A program made the translations under genes and the position numbers. This document shows, piece by piece, positions 1 to 10,245 of a stretch of DNA of 64,000 bases; the first letter of the stretch is position 1, and each line of letters starts with the position of its first letter. The notes under the pieces were generated by a model, which saw nothing but the letters and a program-made list of their open reading frames with translations, had not been told where the DNA came from and searched no databases. Origin of the DNA: an uncultured Candidatus Rokubacteria bacterium (lineage in GTDB: Bacteria; Methylomirabilota; Methylomirabilia; Rokubacteriales; DASRDR01); contig CAWDVE010000010.1 in NCBI GenBank assembly GCA_963805625.1, positions 2,132,582-2,196,581 on the forward strand, written 5' to 3'.

Positions 1-3
1 CTG

Positions 4-132
4 GTGTGGACTGAGGCCGTCCCCAAGCGGGTAAGCCGACAACCCGCGGGACCCCGGAAAGGGGGAGCCGTAGCCGAGAGCGGCGTTGACAGTGCCAGCG
101 ACGGCGGCATCCCCTGACCTGACGGTCCACAC
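4..132 (+). ncRNA. Candidate structured cis-regulatory RNA upstream of the PBP1A gene (family unassigned)
   Basis: Closing stem GTGTGGAC(4-11)/GTCCACAC(125-132) encloses GCCGT/ACGGC, GCGGGT/ACCCGC, CCCC-GGAAA-GGGG, GCCG/CGGC and CGTTG/CAGCG helices; no ORF here. Confidence 0.4.
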
Positions 133-328
133 GACTCAATGACGGAGGGACGAGGACTCTGCGTGTGGGGCAGGAACCCGACGGCCCGATGACTCTCCTC
201 GCCGAAGCCGCTGCTTCTCGGACGGCCCACGTCGAACCTGCGAGTCGAGCCGGCGTGGCTCGCGAGCGGCTCCGGGCCGTCACCCCTCGCCTGGGCGACG
301 GCCGCTCCCTGCGGCCGGGTGGCTCCGT

Positions 329-2571
329 GTGACGTGGGCCCGCGTGGCCGCGAGGCTGATGGCCGCGTGGTGGCGTAGTGCGGCCTGCGTCGCGGCGCCG
401 CTCCTAGCCCTGCTCCTCCTGCCCGTGATGGGTCTCGCCTACCACGTCTTCGTCGACCGCCGCGGACTGCCCGACATCGAGCCCTTCATCCGCTTCACGC
501 CCCCGGCGATCGGCGAGGTCTATGACGCCCAGGGCACGGTGCTCATCAGGCTGGCGCGGGAATATCGGCGCGTCGTGTCCTACGACGAGATCCCGCCCGT
601 CCTCCGACACGCCATCCTCTCGGCCGAGGACAAGAACTTTTTCACCCACGCCGGCGTCGACTACCGCGCCTTGCCCCGGGTGCTGCAGAAGGGCGCGCGC
701 GCTCCCTGGCCGGGTGGGGCACCGGCGACGCGGGGTTCCGGATGCTCCTCGGTCAAGGGGGATCGACGCTCACGCAGCAGCTCGTCCGCGGCTACTTCCT
801 CCAGAGCCTGACCAGCCGCGAGGGTGCCGACGTGCTGGTCCGCGACGGCCTGACGCCACGCCTCCTCTCCACGGCCCTCGGCATCTCCGCCACCAACAAG
901 CTCCTGCGGAAGCTGGAGGAGGTCCGCCTGGCCCTCTGGCTCGAGGCGGAGATGCGGCGGCACTACGGCTCGCAGGCGAGCGCCAAGCGCGAGATCTTCG
1001 CGCGCTACGCCAGCTTCATCTACCTGGGCAACGGCCGTTACGGCTTCGCCGCGGGCAGCGAATACTACTTCGGCAAGCCGCTCTCGAGCTACGAGCCTGA
1101 GGACGCAGGGAAGGCGGCGCTCCTGGCCGGGATCATGAAGTCGCCCCGAGACTACGCCCCCGTCCCTGGTGATCCGAGACCGCTGCGCCGCCGCAACCAG
1201 ATCCTGGCCCTGATGGCGCGCAACGGCTACATCTCCGAGGCTCTCGCGACGCGGGGCCAGGCAGAGCCGATCCGCATCACGGTCCGCAGCGCGGTGAAGA
1301 CCCACGCCCCCGCGGCGATCGAGCACGTCTTCGACGAGCTGAAGCGCCACGGCGGCGCGCGCTTCGGGGTCGGCGACTTGGTGCAGGGGCGGATCTCGGT
1401 CCGCTCCACGGTGGAAGAGCGCGTCCAGACCACGTCGTCAACGAGGCCCTGGAGACGGGCCTCGCGCGCTACGAGCGGCGCCACCCGAGCGCGAAGGGGC
1501 TGATCCAGGGCTCAGTGGTCGTACTGCGGAACGCGGATGGGGCGATCCTGGCCGAGGCGGGCGGCCGGACAAGTCTACCAGGACCGGTACATCCGTTATT
1601 CTGACTACAATCGCGTCACCGACTCGCGGCGCCAGGCGGGGTCGGCATTCAAGCCACTCCTCTACCTCGCCGCGTTCCGCCAGGGCCTCGACCTCGACAC
1701 CACGGTCCCCGACGAGCCCATCGGCGTGCCTTTGGGTGCCAACGACGGCGTGAAGTGGATCACGAACTACGACAAGCGGTTCAACGGTCTGATTCCCGTT
1801 CGCCAGGCGCTGGCCGAGTCGCGCAATGCGGTGGCCGTCTGGCTCGCCCGGGAGATCGGCGTGGGCGAGATCATCCAGACGGCCCGCGAGCTAGGGATCC
1901 ACACGCCGCTCCAGCCCTATCTCAGCACGGCGCTCGGGGCGTCCGAGGTCGCGCTCCTCGAGCTGGCGAGCGCCTACCGGGCCATCGCGTCAGAGGTCCT
2001 GGCCGAGCCCTACATCATCGCGCGCGTGCACGACGCCTCCGGTGGAGTCCTCTACGAGGCCCCTCGCCGCGTCCGGGAGATTGGGTCCCCGAACCTGCGT
2101 CTGATCCAGGAGGGGCTGCGGGGCGTGGTCCGCCTCCCGAGCGGCACCGCTCATGCCCTCGACGGGCGCGAGTTTCCGATCCCGGTGATGGGGAAGACCG
2201 GCACCACCAGCGACTTCCGAGACGCGCTCTTTGTGGGCTCGACCTACGGCCGGTCGGGGATCACCGTGGCGGTGCGGATCGGCTTCGACGACAACCGCGT
2301 GCTGGGTGACCAAGAAACCGGGGGGCGCGCCGCGCTCCCGATCTTTCGCGAGATCATGCTCCGGGTCCACCGCGACGAGCTGATGGGGCCGGTGCCGGAG
2401 TTCCCCCTGGCGATCGAGCAAGGGATCGACCAGTACCTCGCGCGGCGAGCCGCGCGGGAGACAGGCCGCCAGGAGCCGTCGCGGCCCGCTCGCGACGACG
2501 GGCGCATCGCCCCGCCTTCCGCTACCCCATCGGTGACGTTCGCCGACACGCTTCTGCACCACTCCCGGTAA
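329..2571 (+). CDS. Class A penicillin-binding protein (PBP1A-like transglycosylase/transpeptidase), split by frameshifts into 329-811, 742-1503 and 1537-2571
   Basis: TM anchor; GT51 motifs EDKNFFTHAG, GGSTLTQQL, RKLEE, YLGNG; transpeptidase motifs SAFK, SRN, KTGT. Confidence 0.88.
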
Positions 2572-2695
2572 CCGGCAGCTGCCCTCTCCCCGCCGTCGCC
2601 GGCCCTTCGCTCGTTCTGAAGTCGTGCCTTAAGCCTTGGGGGCCGGAGTCGTCACAATGGTCACGAGCGGCCGCGTCGTGAGGCACATCGCAATC

Positions 2696-2725
2696 TTGAC
2701 AAGGGGAATCGACCAGCGCTAGTCT
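2696..2725 (+). promoter_or_regulatory. Sigma70-type promoter upstream of the diguanylate cyclase
   Basis: TTGACA-18 nt-TAGTCT. Confidence 0.5.
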
Positions 2726-2946
2726 GGCCGCGATCCCCGCGATCGAATTGTCTCCGCAGAAGGGGGAGACGCCGATGTCAAAGGATCGCGCGAGCTACGG
2801 CGATTTCGCCAGCCTCGTTCCTCCCTCTGTGTGTTTCGTTTCGCGTCTGACTCACGTCGCGCGTTGGGGTTGCGCCGACGCATCCGGTGAGGCCAACTCA
2901 ATTTGCTCGCGGTCTCGTTCTGCCTGTAGGGAAAAGGGTCCCGCAA

Positions 2947-4434
2947 ATGCCCGATGAGAGCACCAAGCCCACCAAGCGCACGTCGGCGCAAGAGAGGTTG
3001 CGGGCATCCGAACTTCGTTACCGCCGGCTGTTTGAAGCCGCCCGAGACGGGATACTCATTCTCGATGCCGCCTCGAGAAGAATCACCGACACGAATCCCT
3101 ACATGGTGGAGTTGCTGGGTTTCTCGCGCGACGAACTCATTGGGAAGGAGCTCTGGGAAATCGGTTTGCTTACGGATGCTCAAGCCAGCCAGGACGCTTT
3201 TCGAGAATTGGAGCGGAAAGGTTATATCCGTTACGAACACTTACCGCTCCGAACCACTGAGGGGAAAACCCGGGAAGTAGAGTTTGTCAGCAACGTCTAT
3301 AGGGAAGACGGCCATCAAGTCATTCAATGCAACGTTCGCGACATCACCGATCGCAAACACGCGGAGGAACTCGTCCGCCAGACCAATGACGAGCTGATGG
3401 CGTTGGTGGCTGAACTGCAGCGGCGCGACAGAGAAATGCAGTTGCTCAATCACATGACTGATCTGCTTCAGGCCTGCAATACGCAGGAGGAGGCCTACCA
3501 TGTGATTGCGATGGAGGCGGGGGAACTCTTCGCCGGGCAGAGCGGCTGTGTCGCGATGTTGCAGGCGTCGGGTCAGCATCTTGAGACGGTCGCGCTCTGG
3601 GGCGATAAGGCGACAGTGGAGTCCAGTTTCGCATTGGAAGAGTGTTGGGCGCTCCGGCGCGGGAGTCCTCATGAAGTCATCGATCCCCGGGCTCGGTGGC
3701 TGTGCACGCATTTTGTCCATCCAATAGAGACGGACTACTTGTGTGTGCCGTTGATGGTGCAGGGGGAAATATTGGGGCTGCTGTGTCTCGTCGGTGCGGC
3801 CGCGAGGCGAGGACCCCGTCAGGTTAGCCACCAACAACTCGCCGTGATGGCCGGCGAATCGATCAAGCTGTGTTTGGCCAACTTGAAGCTGCGCACGAAG
3901 CTGCACGAACAAGCGACCCATGATTCCCTGACCGGGCTGTTCAACCGGCGCTACTTGGAAGACACGCTGTGGCGCGAGCTGCATCGGGCTCACCGCCGGA
4001 ATGCCCCCCTGGGAGTCGCGATGCTCGACCTCGATCACTTCAAGCGGTTCAACGATACGTTTGGGCACGATGCCGGCGACTCGCTGTTACGCGAACTGGG
4101 GCAGCTGCTGCGTGAGAAGCTGCGGAAGAGCGATATTGCATGCCGCTATGGTGGCGAGGAGTTTGTGCTCATCCTGGCGGATTCCTCGCTGGAGGACACT
4201 CGGCAACGTGTGGAACAGATCCGCGGACTGATCAAGGAACTGAAGATTCGCCACGGCGACCAACGACTCGCTCCGATCGCCGTGTCGGCCGGCGTGGCCG
4301 CGGCGCCTGAACACGGCGCCACCGCGCCTGACTTACTGCGCGCGGCTGACAATGCCCTGTATGCCGCCAAGCAGGGCGGACGCGACCGCGTCGTGGTCTA
4401 CCAAGCGACACAGTCATCGTTCGGTCAGCCTTGA
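2947..4434 (+). CDS. PAS-GAF-GGDEF diguanylate cyclase
   Basis: PAS (ELRYRRLFEAARDGILILD), GAF (CWALRRG..CVPL), DLDHFKRFND, RxxD I-site (RKSD) before GGEEF; visibly lower GC than flanks. Confidence 0.93.
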   Translation: MPDESTKPTKRTSAQERLRASELRYRRLFEAARDGILILDAASRRITDTNPYMVELLGFSRDELIGKELWEIGLLTDAQASQDAFRELERKGYIRYEHLPLRTTEGKTREVEFVSNVYREDGHQVIQCNVRDITDRKHAEELVRQTNDELMALVAELQRRDREMQLLNHMTDLLQACNTQEEAYHVIAMEAGELFAGQSGCVAMLQASGQHLETVALWGDKATVESSFALEECWALRRGSPHEVIDPRARWLCTHFVHPIETDYLCVPLMVQGEILGLLCLVGAAARRGPRQVSHQQLAVMAGESIKLCLANLKLRTKLHEQATHDSLTGLFNRRYLEDTLWRELHRAHRRNAPLGVAMLDLDHFKRFNDTFGHDAGDSLLRELGQLLREKLRKSDIACRYGGEEFVLILADSSLEDTRQRVEQIRGLIKELKIRHGDQRLAPIAVSAGVAAAPEHGATAPDLLRAADNALYAAKQGGRDRVVVYQATQSSFGQP

Positions 4435-4468
4435 CCGGTGCCGCGACGCGGTGCCGGCGGCGAGCCTC

Positions 4469-4552
4469 ATGGCCGCCCTCGTCGAGGAGGCGCGACGCCG
4501 GGGGCGGCCACGCGATCGAGCGATCTTTCTTCTCCTGCGCTTTACCGGCATT
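4469..4552 (+). pseudogene. Tyrosine recombinase/integrase fragment (box I region)
   Basis: MAALVEEARRRGRPRDRAIFLLLRFTG resembles the Xer/Int RDRAxxxLLxxTG(xR) segment and breaks off before the catalytic Arg. Confidence 0.5.
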
Positions 4553-4772
4553 GGACATAGGCGTCCCGCGGGCCCAGTTCGTGGTCCTCGGTGCGGATCG
4601 ACTGTGGAGCACCCTTACCCAGCGGGTCGCGAACCGGGCACCAGGGAGCATCGCGATCCTTCTGATCCCGGGCACGAGGACGCAGCCGAGTGCGGGGCGC
4701 AGCGCGCGAGCAGAGGGAGGGTTGTCCAGCGGGCCGAGGAAGGTGCATCTCACCTCCGGCGCCAGCCGGCGG

Positions 4773-5777
4773 TCAGCCTCCCCCGCCCCGGGGGCGGCCG
4801 ACGTCGCGGACGGTCCCGCTCCCCTCGAGGGGTGACGACGCCGGCCCGTCGAGGGCGATCTCCGCCAGCACCCCGTAGTGATCCGACGGCCACCGGACCT
4901 TGCCTGGTCCGCTCGGCTCGTGGAGGACCACGCGGCTCCCGACCACCCGGCCGGGCACCCGCTGTCCCGGCGCGAGGAACACGTAGTCGATCCGTCGACG
5001 AGCGGTTGACCGCGCGACCTCCACGTCCTGCCCGTCGGTGAAGCCGGGCGCCCCTGGGTTCACGAGCGCGAACGCATCCACGAAGCCGGCGTCGTGCGTG
5101 AGAAGCCTCACGGCCGGCGAGGTGTGGGGCGCGTTGAAGTCCCCCATCACCACGGTAGGGAGCGGCCCCGCGTTCGCCCGGACGAGGTCGGCAACCGCGC
5201 GCGCCTGGCAGACATCCCCGGACGTGTGGGCCGAGAAGGCGGCGAGCTGACCGCCGGGGGTCTCGAGCTCCGCGAAGACGACCACGCGCACGTCGAACGG
5301 CCGCCCGCAGCGCGGCAGCTCGTAGGCTCGCCAGCGCGTAATCGGGAACCGGCTCAGGAGCGCGGGGCCTTCGGTGAAGCCAAGCACCGACGCCACCGCC
5401 CCGCGCATGTGCTCGCTCCCGAACGGCTTGGTCGCGGCGGGCGCGTAGACGTAGTGGTATCCGAGGGCCACCGCCAGGCGGGCTGGCACGTTCCCACGGT
5501 GCCGGCCCGTCGACGCTTCCTGGAGTCCCACGACGTCGGCATGGAGGGCGCGAAGCCCCTCCACGGCCAGGCGGAGTCGCCCCTCGAGCGCCTCGTCGTC
5601 GCCGGTGAGCTCCGAGAAGATCCCGCCGTGCAGGAGATTGAACGTCACGAAGCGGAGCGTGAGCGGCGCCGGGCCCGCGGGTCGCTCCGGGACAATGATG
5701 CCGGAGCCGGCTCCGAGAATGCCCAGCGCCGCCCCCGCGACGATCAGCGTGCCGCCGACCCTCGCCATGGGCTCCAC
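4773..5777 (-). CDS. Endonuclease/exonuclease/phosphatase (EEP) family protein, exported or membrane-anchored
   Basis: TFNLLHG, VGLQE, AH, GDFN, IDY and SDHYGV motifs; hydrophobic N-terminus. Confidence 0.9.
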   Translation of the reverse strand: MEPMARVGGTLIVAGAALGILGAGSGIIVPERPAGPAPLTLRFVTFNLLHGGIFSELTGDDEALEGRLRLAVEGLRALHADVVGLQEASTGRHRGNVPARLAVALGYHYVYAPAATKPFGSEHMRGAVASVLGFTEGPALLSRFPITRWRAYELPRCGRPFDVRVVVFAELETPGGQLAAFSAHTSGDVCQARAVADLVRANAGPLPTVVMGDFNAPHTSPAVRLLTHDAGFVDAFALVNPGAPGFTDGQDVEVARSTARRRIDYVFLAPGQRVPGRVVGSRVVLHEPSGPGKVRWPSDHYGVLAEIALDGPASSPLEGSGTVRDVGRPRGGGG

Positions 5778-6240
5778 CCTCCGCGCGGTCGATCGGGCCG
5801 GCGCCTACTTCCTGGGCTTGTCGCCGCTGAAAAGGCCGATGACCCTGTGCCCAGCGTACTTGATCGCGCTCCGCGGGGCCTCGCCGAAATGCCTCACGCT
5901 TCAGCCCGGCAGGCCGTCGAGGGACAGCCCGCCTCCCTTGAGGAACTGGCGCAACCGGCGTCTCACGTCCGCAGGAGAGGGGAAGTTGGATCAGGTGGGG
6001 GAAAGGTGAAGGGAACAGCGGAGAGGGCGGTGGATACAGTCAAGGACGCTCTGACAGGCAACAGAACCGAGCGCCCGGCCAAGTGATGAGAGTGGACCGA
6101 CAGATAGCGGGGAGTGGAGGCCGAATAGCAATAGCCCGCCATCTCGGCGCTCTCGCCTTTGCGTTCTCTGCGCATGAAGTCGCGGCCCCCGGCTGGCGCC
6201 CCGGGCGGGCCTGGCGGTGGTCAGCCGGGGGTGAGCTGCG

Positions 6241-6513
6241 TCACGATCCGGCGGGCGCCCGGGTCCTCGGGGCCATCGCGTGCCGCTCGAGCTCCCAGAG
6301 ATGGAAACACTCGACGTGCAGTTGGAGCGGTTTCCGGCCCTCGGCCAGGCTGATGCCCTCGATCACCCACTCATCCTTGGTGATGATGATCTCGCACGCG
6401 TCGCAGCTCTCCCCGTTGCCGGGGCCGCCCCAGACCCGGGGGATGCTGTTCGTCGGGAGCGTGCCGTTCGCGAGCTTGTGACGGATGAGCAGCTGGAGAC
6501 TGTGTTGCTGCAT
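6241..6513 (-). CDS. Small putative zinc-binding protein (CxxC...HxxC...W)
   Basis: IRHKLANGTLP..WGGPGNGESCDAC..LHVECFHLW; ATG at 6513. Confidence 0.75.
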   Translation of the reverse strand: MQQHSLQLLIRHKLANGTLPTNSIPRVWGGPGNGESCDACEIIITKDEWVIEGISLAEGRKPLQLHVECFHLWELERHAMAPRTRAPAGS

Positions 6514-6747
6514 GAGATCCCCCGGTGTCCACGCGGCGCACGACGCCAGATTCACCGGGGTCTTGACGCCAGACGCGTCACCCAAGAGGCCGGGGTGCAG
6601 GCACCGCTGAGGGTAGCACGCGCGGCGGATTGGCGATACGGGCCCTGGGACCCCGCGTCGGCTCCGACCCACGCCGGATGGCCGTCTGGCGCCCGTCGCC
6701 GGGCCGCGGTAGGGTCGGGCGGGGTAATCACATGGAGGGGGTCCACG

Positions 6748-6927
6748 ATGCGTCGAATCTTGCTCGCCATCCTCGGGAACGCCGCGGTGGTGGTCCTGCT
6801 GCTCGCCGGGACGGAGCTCTTCCCCCGACCCCCCGCGTGGGTGCTGTGGGTGGGTGTTGCGGACGAGACTGACCCCTTCGTGCGGTGGACCAATGCCGTC
6901 GAGACCTTCGGCCAGAGTGCCTGGTAG
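6748..6927 (+). CDS. Small hypothetical membrane protein (59 aa)
   Basis: GGAGGGG RBS; MRRILLAILGNAAVVVLLLAG hydrophobic segment. Confidence 0.5.
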   Translation: MRRILLAILGNAAVVVLLLAGTELFPRPPAWVLWVGVADETDPFVRWTNAVETFGQSAW

Positions 6928-6961
6928 ACGGCGCTAGTGTAACCACCGAGGAGAGACGGCA

Positions 6962-7204
6962 ATGGCCCATCGGATCACGTTCAAAGAGATTCGAAGCGTT
7001 CTCTCTCTGATGGCGCCGCCTCGCATAAGGACGAGCGGACGACGGCTGCCACGCGGACCGTTCCGGGACGCAGCCGTAGCGTGGTACGCCGCCTATGAGG
7101 ACTTCACGGACCCGGGCAGCGGGATGGCGTCCTGGACCCAGCTCGTCGCTGCGACTCACAAGCTTCTCTCGGAACAGCAGAAGAGATATCGGCAGGAGTC
7201 GTGA
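6962..7204 (+). CDS. Hypothetical protein (80 aa)
   Basis: GAGGAG RBS, ATG start, globular-like composition. Confidence 0.5.
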   Translation: MAHRITFKEIRSVLSLMAPPRIRTSGRRLPRGPFRDAAVAWYAAYEDFTDPGSGMASWTQLVAATHKLLSEQQKRYRQES

Positions 7205-7294
7205 ACAGAAGACGCGGTCTGAGAGAGGGCAGCGATGCAACAGATTCGGTAGTGGACGAGGCGACGCCCATTCCGGGCACCGAGCACATGCGCC

Positions 7295-8824
7295 TCAGAT
7301 TCTCCGATCAACCGGACCAAACGGGCCACACGAAAAGCGAACGCGCTGGAGGATCTTCTTGCCGCCGCGCGTCTGGAGGCTGTGAGTCGGAAGGAGTGAA
7401 CTGTAGGGCGCCGCGGTCTTCCGTGTCCCCGGGCGCTTGGCGGTCGGCATGGCGATGGCGCCATGCTCCAGCAACGTTCCGACGAAGTGATGGACCTCGT
7501 CGATGGTCGTGTGCGCATTCGGCAGGTGGCCCAAGACGACGGCTCGTGCGGCGCTGGCGCCGACGAGCACAGACTCGACGGCGCGCACGACGACTCCCTT
7601 GAGGCGTCGATCGAGCTTCCCCAGGGAGATGTCGCGTCGATGGACGGCCTTGGCGACGGCTTGGCCGCCGACCTTGTGGGCGGTCACGGTCAGCCGGCCG
7701 CGCGAGGCGCCGATGCGCGTCAGGAGATCGCGACGGGCGGCGGCGGGAAGGCGTGCCGTCCCCGTCGCCGCGTCTACGGCGGGCGCGGGGCCGGCCAGCC
7801 CCGACGTCGGGGCCAGCATCACCGTGCTGCCGATCGCGATCTGGTGACCGGCGAAGGCGTCGCGAATGGCCGCATGATGAGCGCCGCCGCTCGCAGTTTC
7901 GTCGGCAAGCATCATGGCGCGGCCGACGGCCTGGAAGAAGCGCGGGACCTCGGGCGCGCCCTGGACGCCGGCGATCAGCAGCCGACCCGCCGTCTGCGCC
8001 GCCGCGAGGAGCCCCTGCTCATTCTGGGCCGGCTGGCCCGCGAAGATGTTGCAGAGGGTGTCGTAGAAGCAGCCGGTGAAGATGCGGCTGTAGCTGTGCG
8101 GCTCCGACGTGAGGGCCGCGGGAAGGCCAGCCGGCGGCAGGGTCACCGGGATCTCCCACTGGAGCGTGTTCAAGGCGCGGCGGGGCAGCGACTGGGGGTC
8201 ATTGGGATTCTCGAGTCGCACGCCTTCGGCCACGTCCTCTGCCAGGGTCTCGAGGAAGTTCGCGACTCGCAGTTGCCCGCTGCCTTGGAACAGAGCCTGA
8301 CGCGGCCCCGCGTCGAAGAGGCTCACGAGCAGGGCCATGCAATCCGCGAAGGCTTCGTGGAACGCGGCCGGCTCCGGGTACACGCTCGCCCACAGCTCGG
8401 GGCGGATCGCGTCGAGGAGTGCATGCCCGACCTCGTGCGCCACCGCGTCGGTGCTGGCCGCCGGATAGGTGTTCCGGGCGGCAGTCTCCCAGCCGAAGAA
8501 CGCGACGGCCGTGCGATCGTAGTGGGCGTTGAGCCCTCGTCCGGCGTCGTGCAGCAGCGGCAGCAGCCGCTGGCCGTTCTGCCAGACTTGGGGGAGCGGC
8601 GCGAGTGTCCCCCAGGCCTCGAGCGTCGCCAAGGCGGCTTCCCGACACTGCCAGAAGCGAAACTCGGCGCTGTCCACTGGATAGACCGCTTCCGGGATCG
8701 CGACGGCGGAGTCGGCGTACTTGAAGCCCACCTGCGGGCCGTTCGGATCCGGCCGCGGCGGCTGCTCTCGCGGCGGCAGGAGCGCTAGCGCGAGCGGGTC
8801 GTTCGGGAGGAAGCGGATCGGCAT
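7295..8824 (-). CDS. Gluzincin metallopeptidase (M4/M36-like), no signal peptide
   Basis: LNAHYD, AHEVGH (HExxH), FHEAFAD third-ligand Glu, EPH. Confidence 0.85.
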   Translation of the reverse strand: MPIRFLPNDPLALALLPPREQPPRPDPNGPQVGFKYADSAVAIPEAVYPVDSAEFRFWQCREAALATLEAWGTLAPLPQVWQNGQRLLPLLHDAGRGLNAHYDRTAVAFFGWETAARNTYPAASTDAVAHEVGHALLDAIRPELWASVYPEPAAFHEAFADCMALLVSLFDAGPRQALFQGSGQLRVANFLETLAEDVAEGVRLENPNDPQSLPRRALNTLQWEIPVTLPPAGLPAALTSEPHSYSRIFTGCFYDTLCNIFAGQPAQNEQGLLAAAQTAGRLLIAGVQGAPEVPRFFQAVGRAMMLADETASGGAHHAAIRDAFAGHQIAIGSTVMLAPTSGLAGPAPAVDAATGTARLPAAARRDLLTRIGASRGRLTVTAHKVGGQAVAKAVHRRDISLGKLDRRLKGVVVRAVESVLVGASAARAVVLGHLPNAHTTIDEVHHFVGTLLEHGAIAMPTAKRPGTRKTAAPYSSLLPTHSLQTRGGKKILQRVRFSCGPFGPVDRRI

Positions 8825-8874
8825 GCGAGTGTCACTCCCTCCCGAACGCCCGTTGGGTCACCGAGCCGACGCGC

Positions 8875-10218
8875 CTAGGGACCGGTGTAGGTGACGGTCA
8901 GATCGTAGGCGCCCGCTGTGTAGCCGTGCACCAGGACAAAGGCGGTCGTCTTCCCCGCCGGGACGTCGAGCGCGCAACTCTCCGATGGCCCGCTGACAAA
9001 GGGCCGGCACGCGTAGCCGTTCGAGCCGCGCGTCGGGGCCTGGCCGAACTGGACGTACAGATCGGGATCGCCCGGCGCGGTGCCGTCGCCGATCATCTTG
9101 ACCTCGAAGCGCGTTCCGGGCGAGACGGTGAAGGCCGGGTACGACTTCTCCTCGCCGTTCGCCACCCGCTGGTCGTTGAGTATCTTGACTTGCTGCTGCC
9201 CACACCCCGGCGGTGTGGTGGCCGCGACCTGACAGGCCCCCGGATTCACCACGAGGCTGGGATCCATCACGAACCCGGGCGCCGCCCCGTAGAGGCACGC
9301 GGCGCCATTCTTGTCGAAGTTGGTGAGGGTGAGCGACCAGTCCCCGGCGCCATTGCACTGCGGATAGTGCATGACGGAGAAGCTGTCGTATGACGTGAGG
9401 GGCCGCCAGTCGTTGTCCTCGAAGCAGGTGCCGGACTCCGGACGGGTGTGCTCGTGCCGCCACCCCAGGGTGTGTCCGAGCTCATGGCGAAGGATGCCGA
9501 CGAGCGACAGCTTGCCGCCCGGGTCGAGCTGGAATGCGGTCTCGTCGATCAGCACATTGCGATCGGCCCGAGGCTCGTTCGGGAAGAAGGCCCGGGCGAG
9601 GTATTCTCCGTTCACGTTGACGGGCCTGACGTCGAACACCACGTTCGCGTTGCTCGGGGTGCAGGTGGCGTCCTGAGAGGCGACGTACACGTAGGCGACA
9701 TCGGCCACCTGCGACCACGCGCCGGTCGCGGCCTGCATGGCGCTCACGACACTCGCCTGGCGGGTGCCAAAGGTCGTGCTCACGCAGTACATGATCTGCT
9801 TCTTCTGGGTGCTGTTCCAGACCGCGTCTTGTCCACCCGATCGGTGGACGATCAGCCGCCCCGGCTGGGTTTGCGGCGGCTCCCGCTGGATGCTGGTCTC
9901 GAAGAACTCTCGGAGCTGCTTGCGATCCGAGATGGCGATGTCGCCGTTCACGATGTACTTGCCCCCCGGGAACGGCTCCTTGTAGACGGACCGCTCGAAC
10001 TCTTCGAAGGTCTTGGTCGCCCACACGGCGCGCTGGGCTCGGTCCTTCCTCAAGACCTCGGCGCGCGCCTCCTCGATCGCCTCGGGCGTCGCCTGCACCA
10101 CGGTCCCCGTCGTCGGCTGGATCTTGGAGCCGCCGCCCCTCATGGTCTGGCAGCCGAACACGACCAGGCCGAGGACGCACGCGAGCAATACCCACGTGGA
10201 TCGAGCGCGGTTACGCAT
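8875..10218 (-). CDS. Lipoprotein metzincin protease (M57/astacin/matrixin-like) with C-terminal PPC domain
   Basis: Lipobox VFGC; HELGHTLGWRHEH; Met-turn SVMHY; GDPDLYV..CRPF..ESC PPC domain. Confidence 0.88.
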   Translation of the reverse strand: MRNRARSTWVLLACVLGLVVFGCQTMRGGGSKIQPTTGTVVQATPEAIEEARAEVLRKDRAQRAVWATKTFEEFERSVYKEPFPGGKYIVNGDIAISDRKQLREFFETSIQREPPQTQPGRLIVHRSGGQDAVWNSTQKKQIMYCVSTTFGTRQASVVSAMQAATGAWSQVADVAYVYVASQDATCTPSNANVVFDVRPVNVNGEYLARAFFPNEPRADRNVLIDETAFQLDPGGKLSLVGILRHELGHTLGWRHEHTRPESGTCFEDNDWRPLTSYDSFSVMHYPQCNGAGDWSLTLTNFDKNGAACLYGAAPGFVMDPSLVVNPGACQVAATTPPGCGQQQVKILNDQRVANGEEKSYPAFTVSPGTRFEVKMIGDGTAPGDPDLYVQFGQAPTRGSNGYACRPFVSGPSESCALDVPAGKTTAFVLVHGYTAGAYDLTVTYTGP

Positions 10219-10245
10219 GACCGTTCTCCTTTGTGCGACGGGATG

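Noticed and set aside
65-85. GAGCCGTA as group II intron domain V
   Set aside because: The complementary ..ACGGTTC arm and any RT ORF are missing
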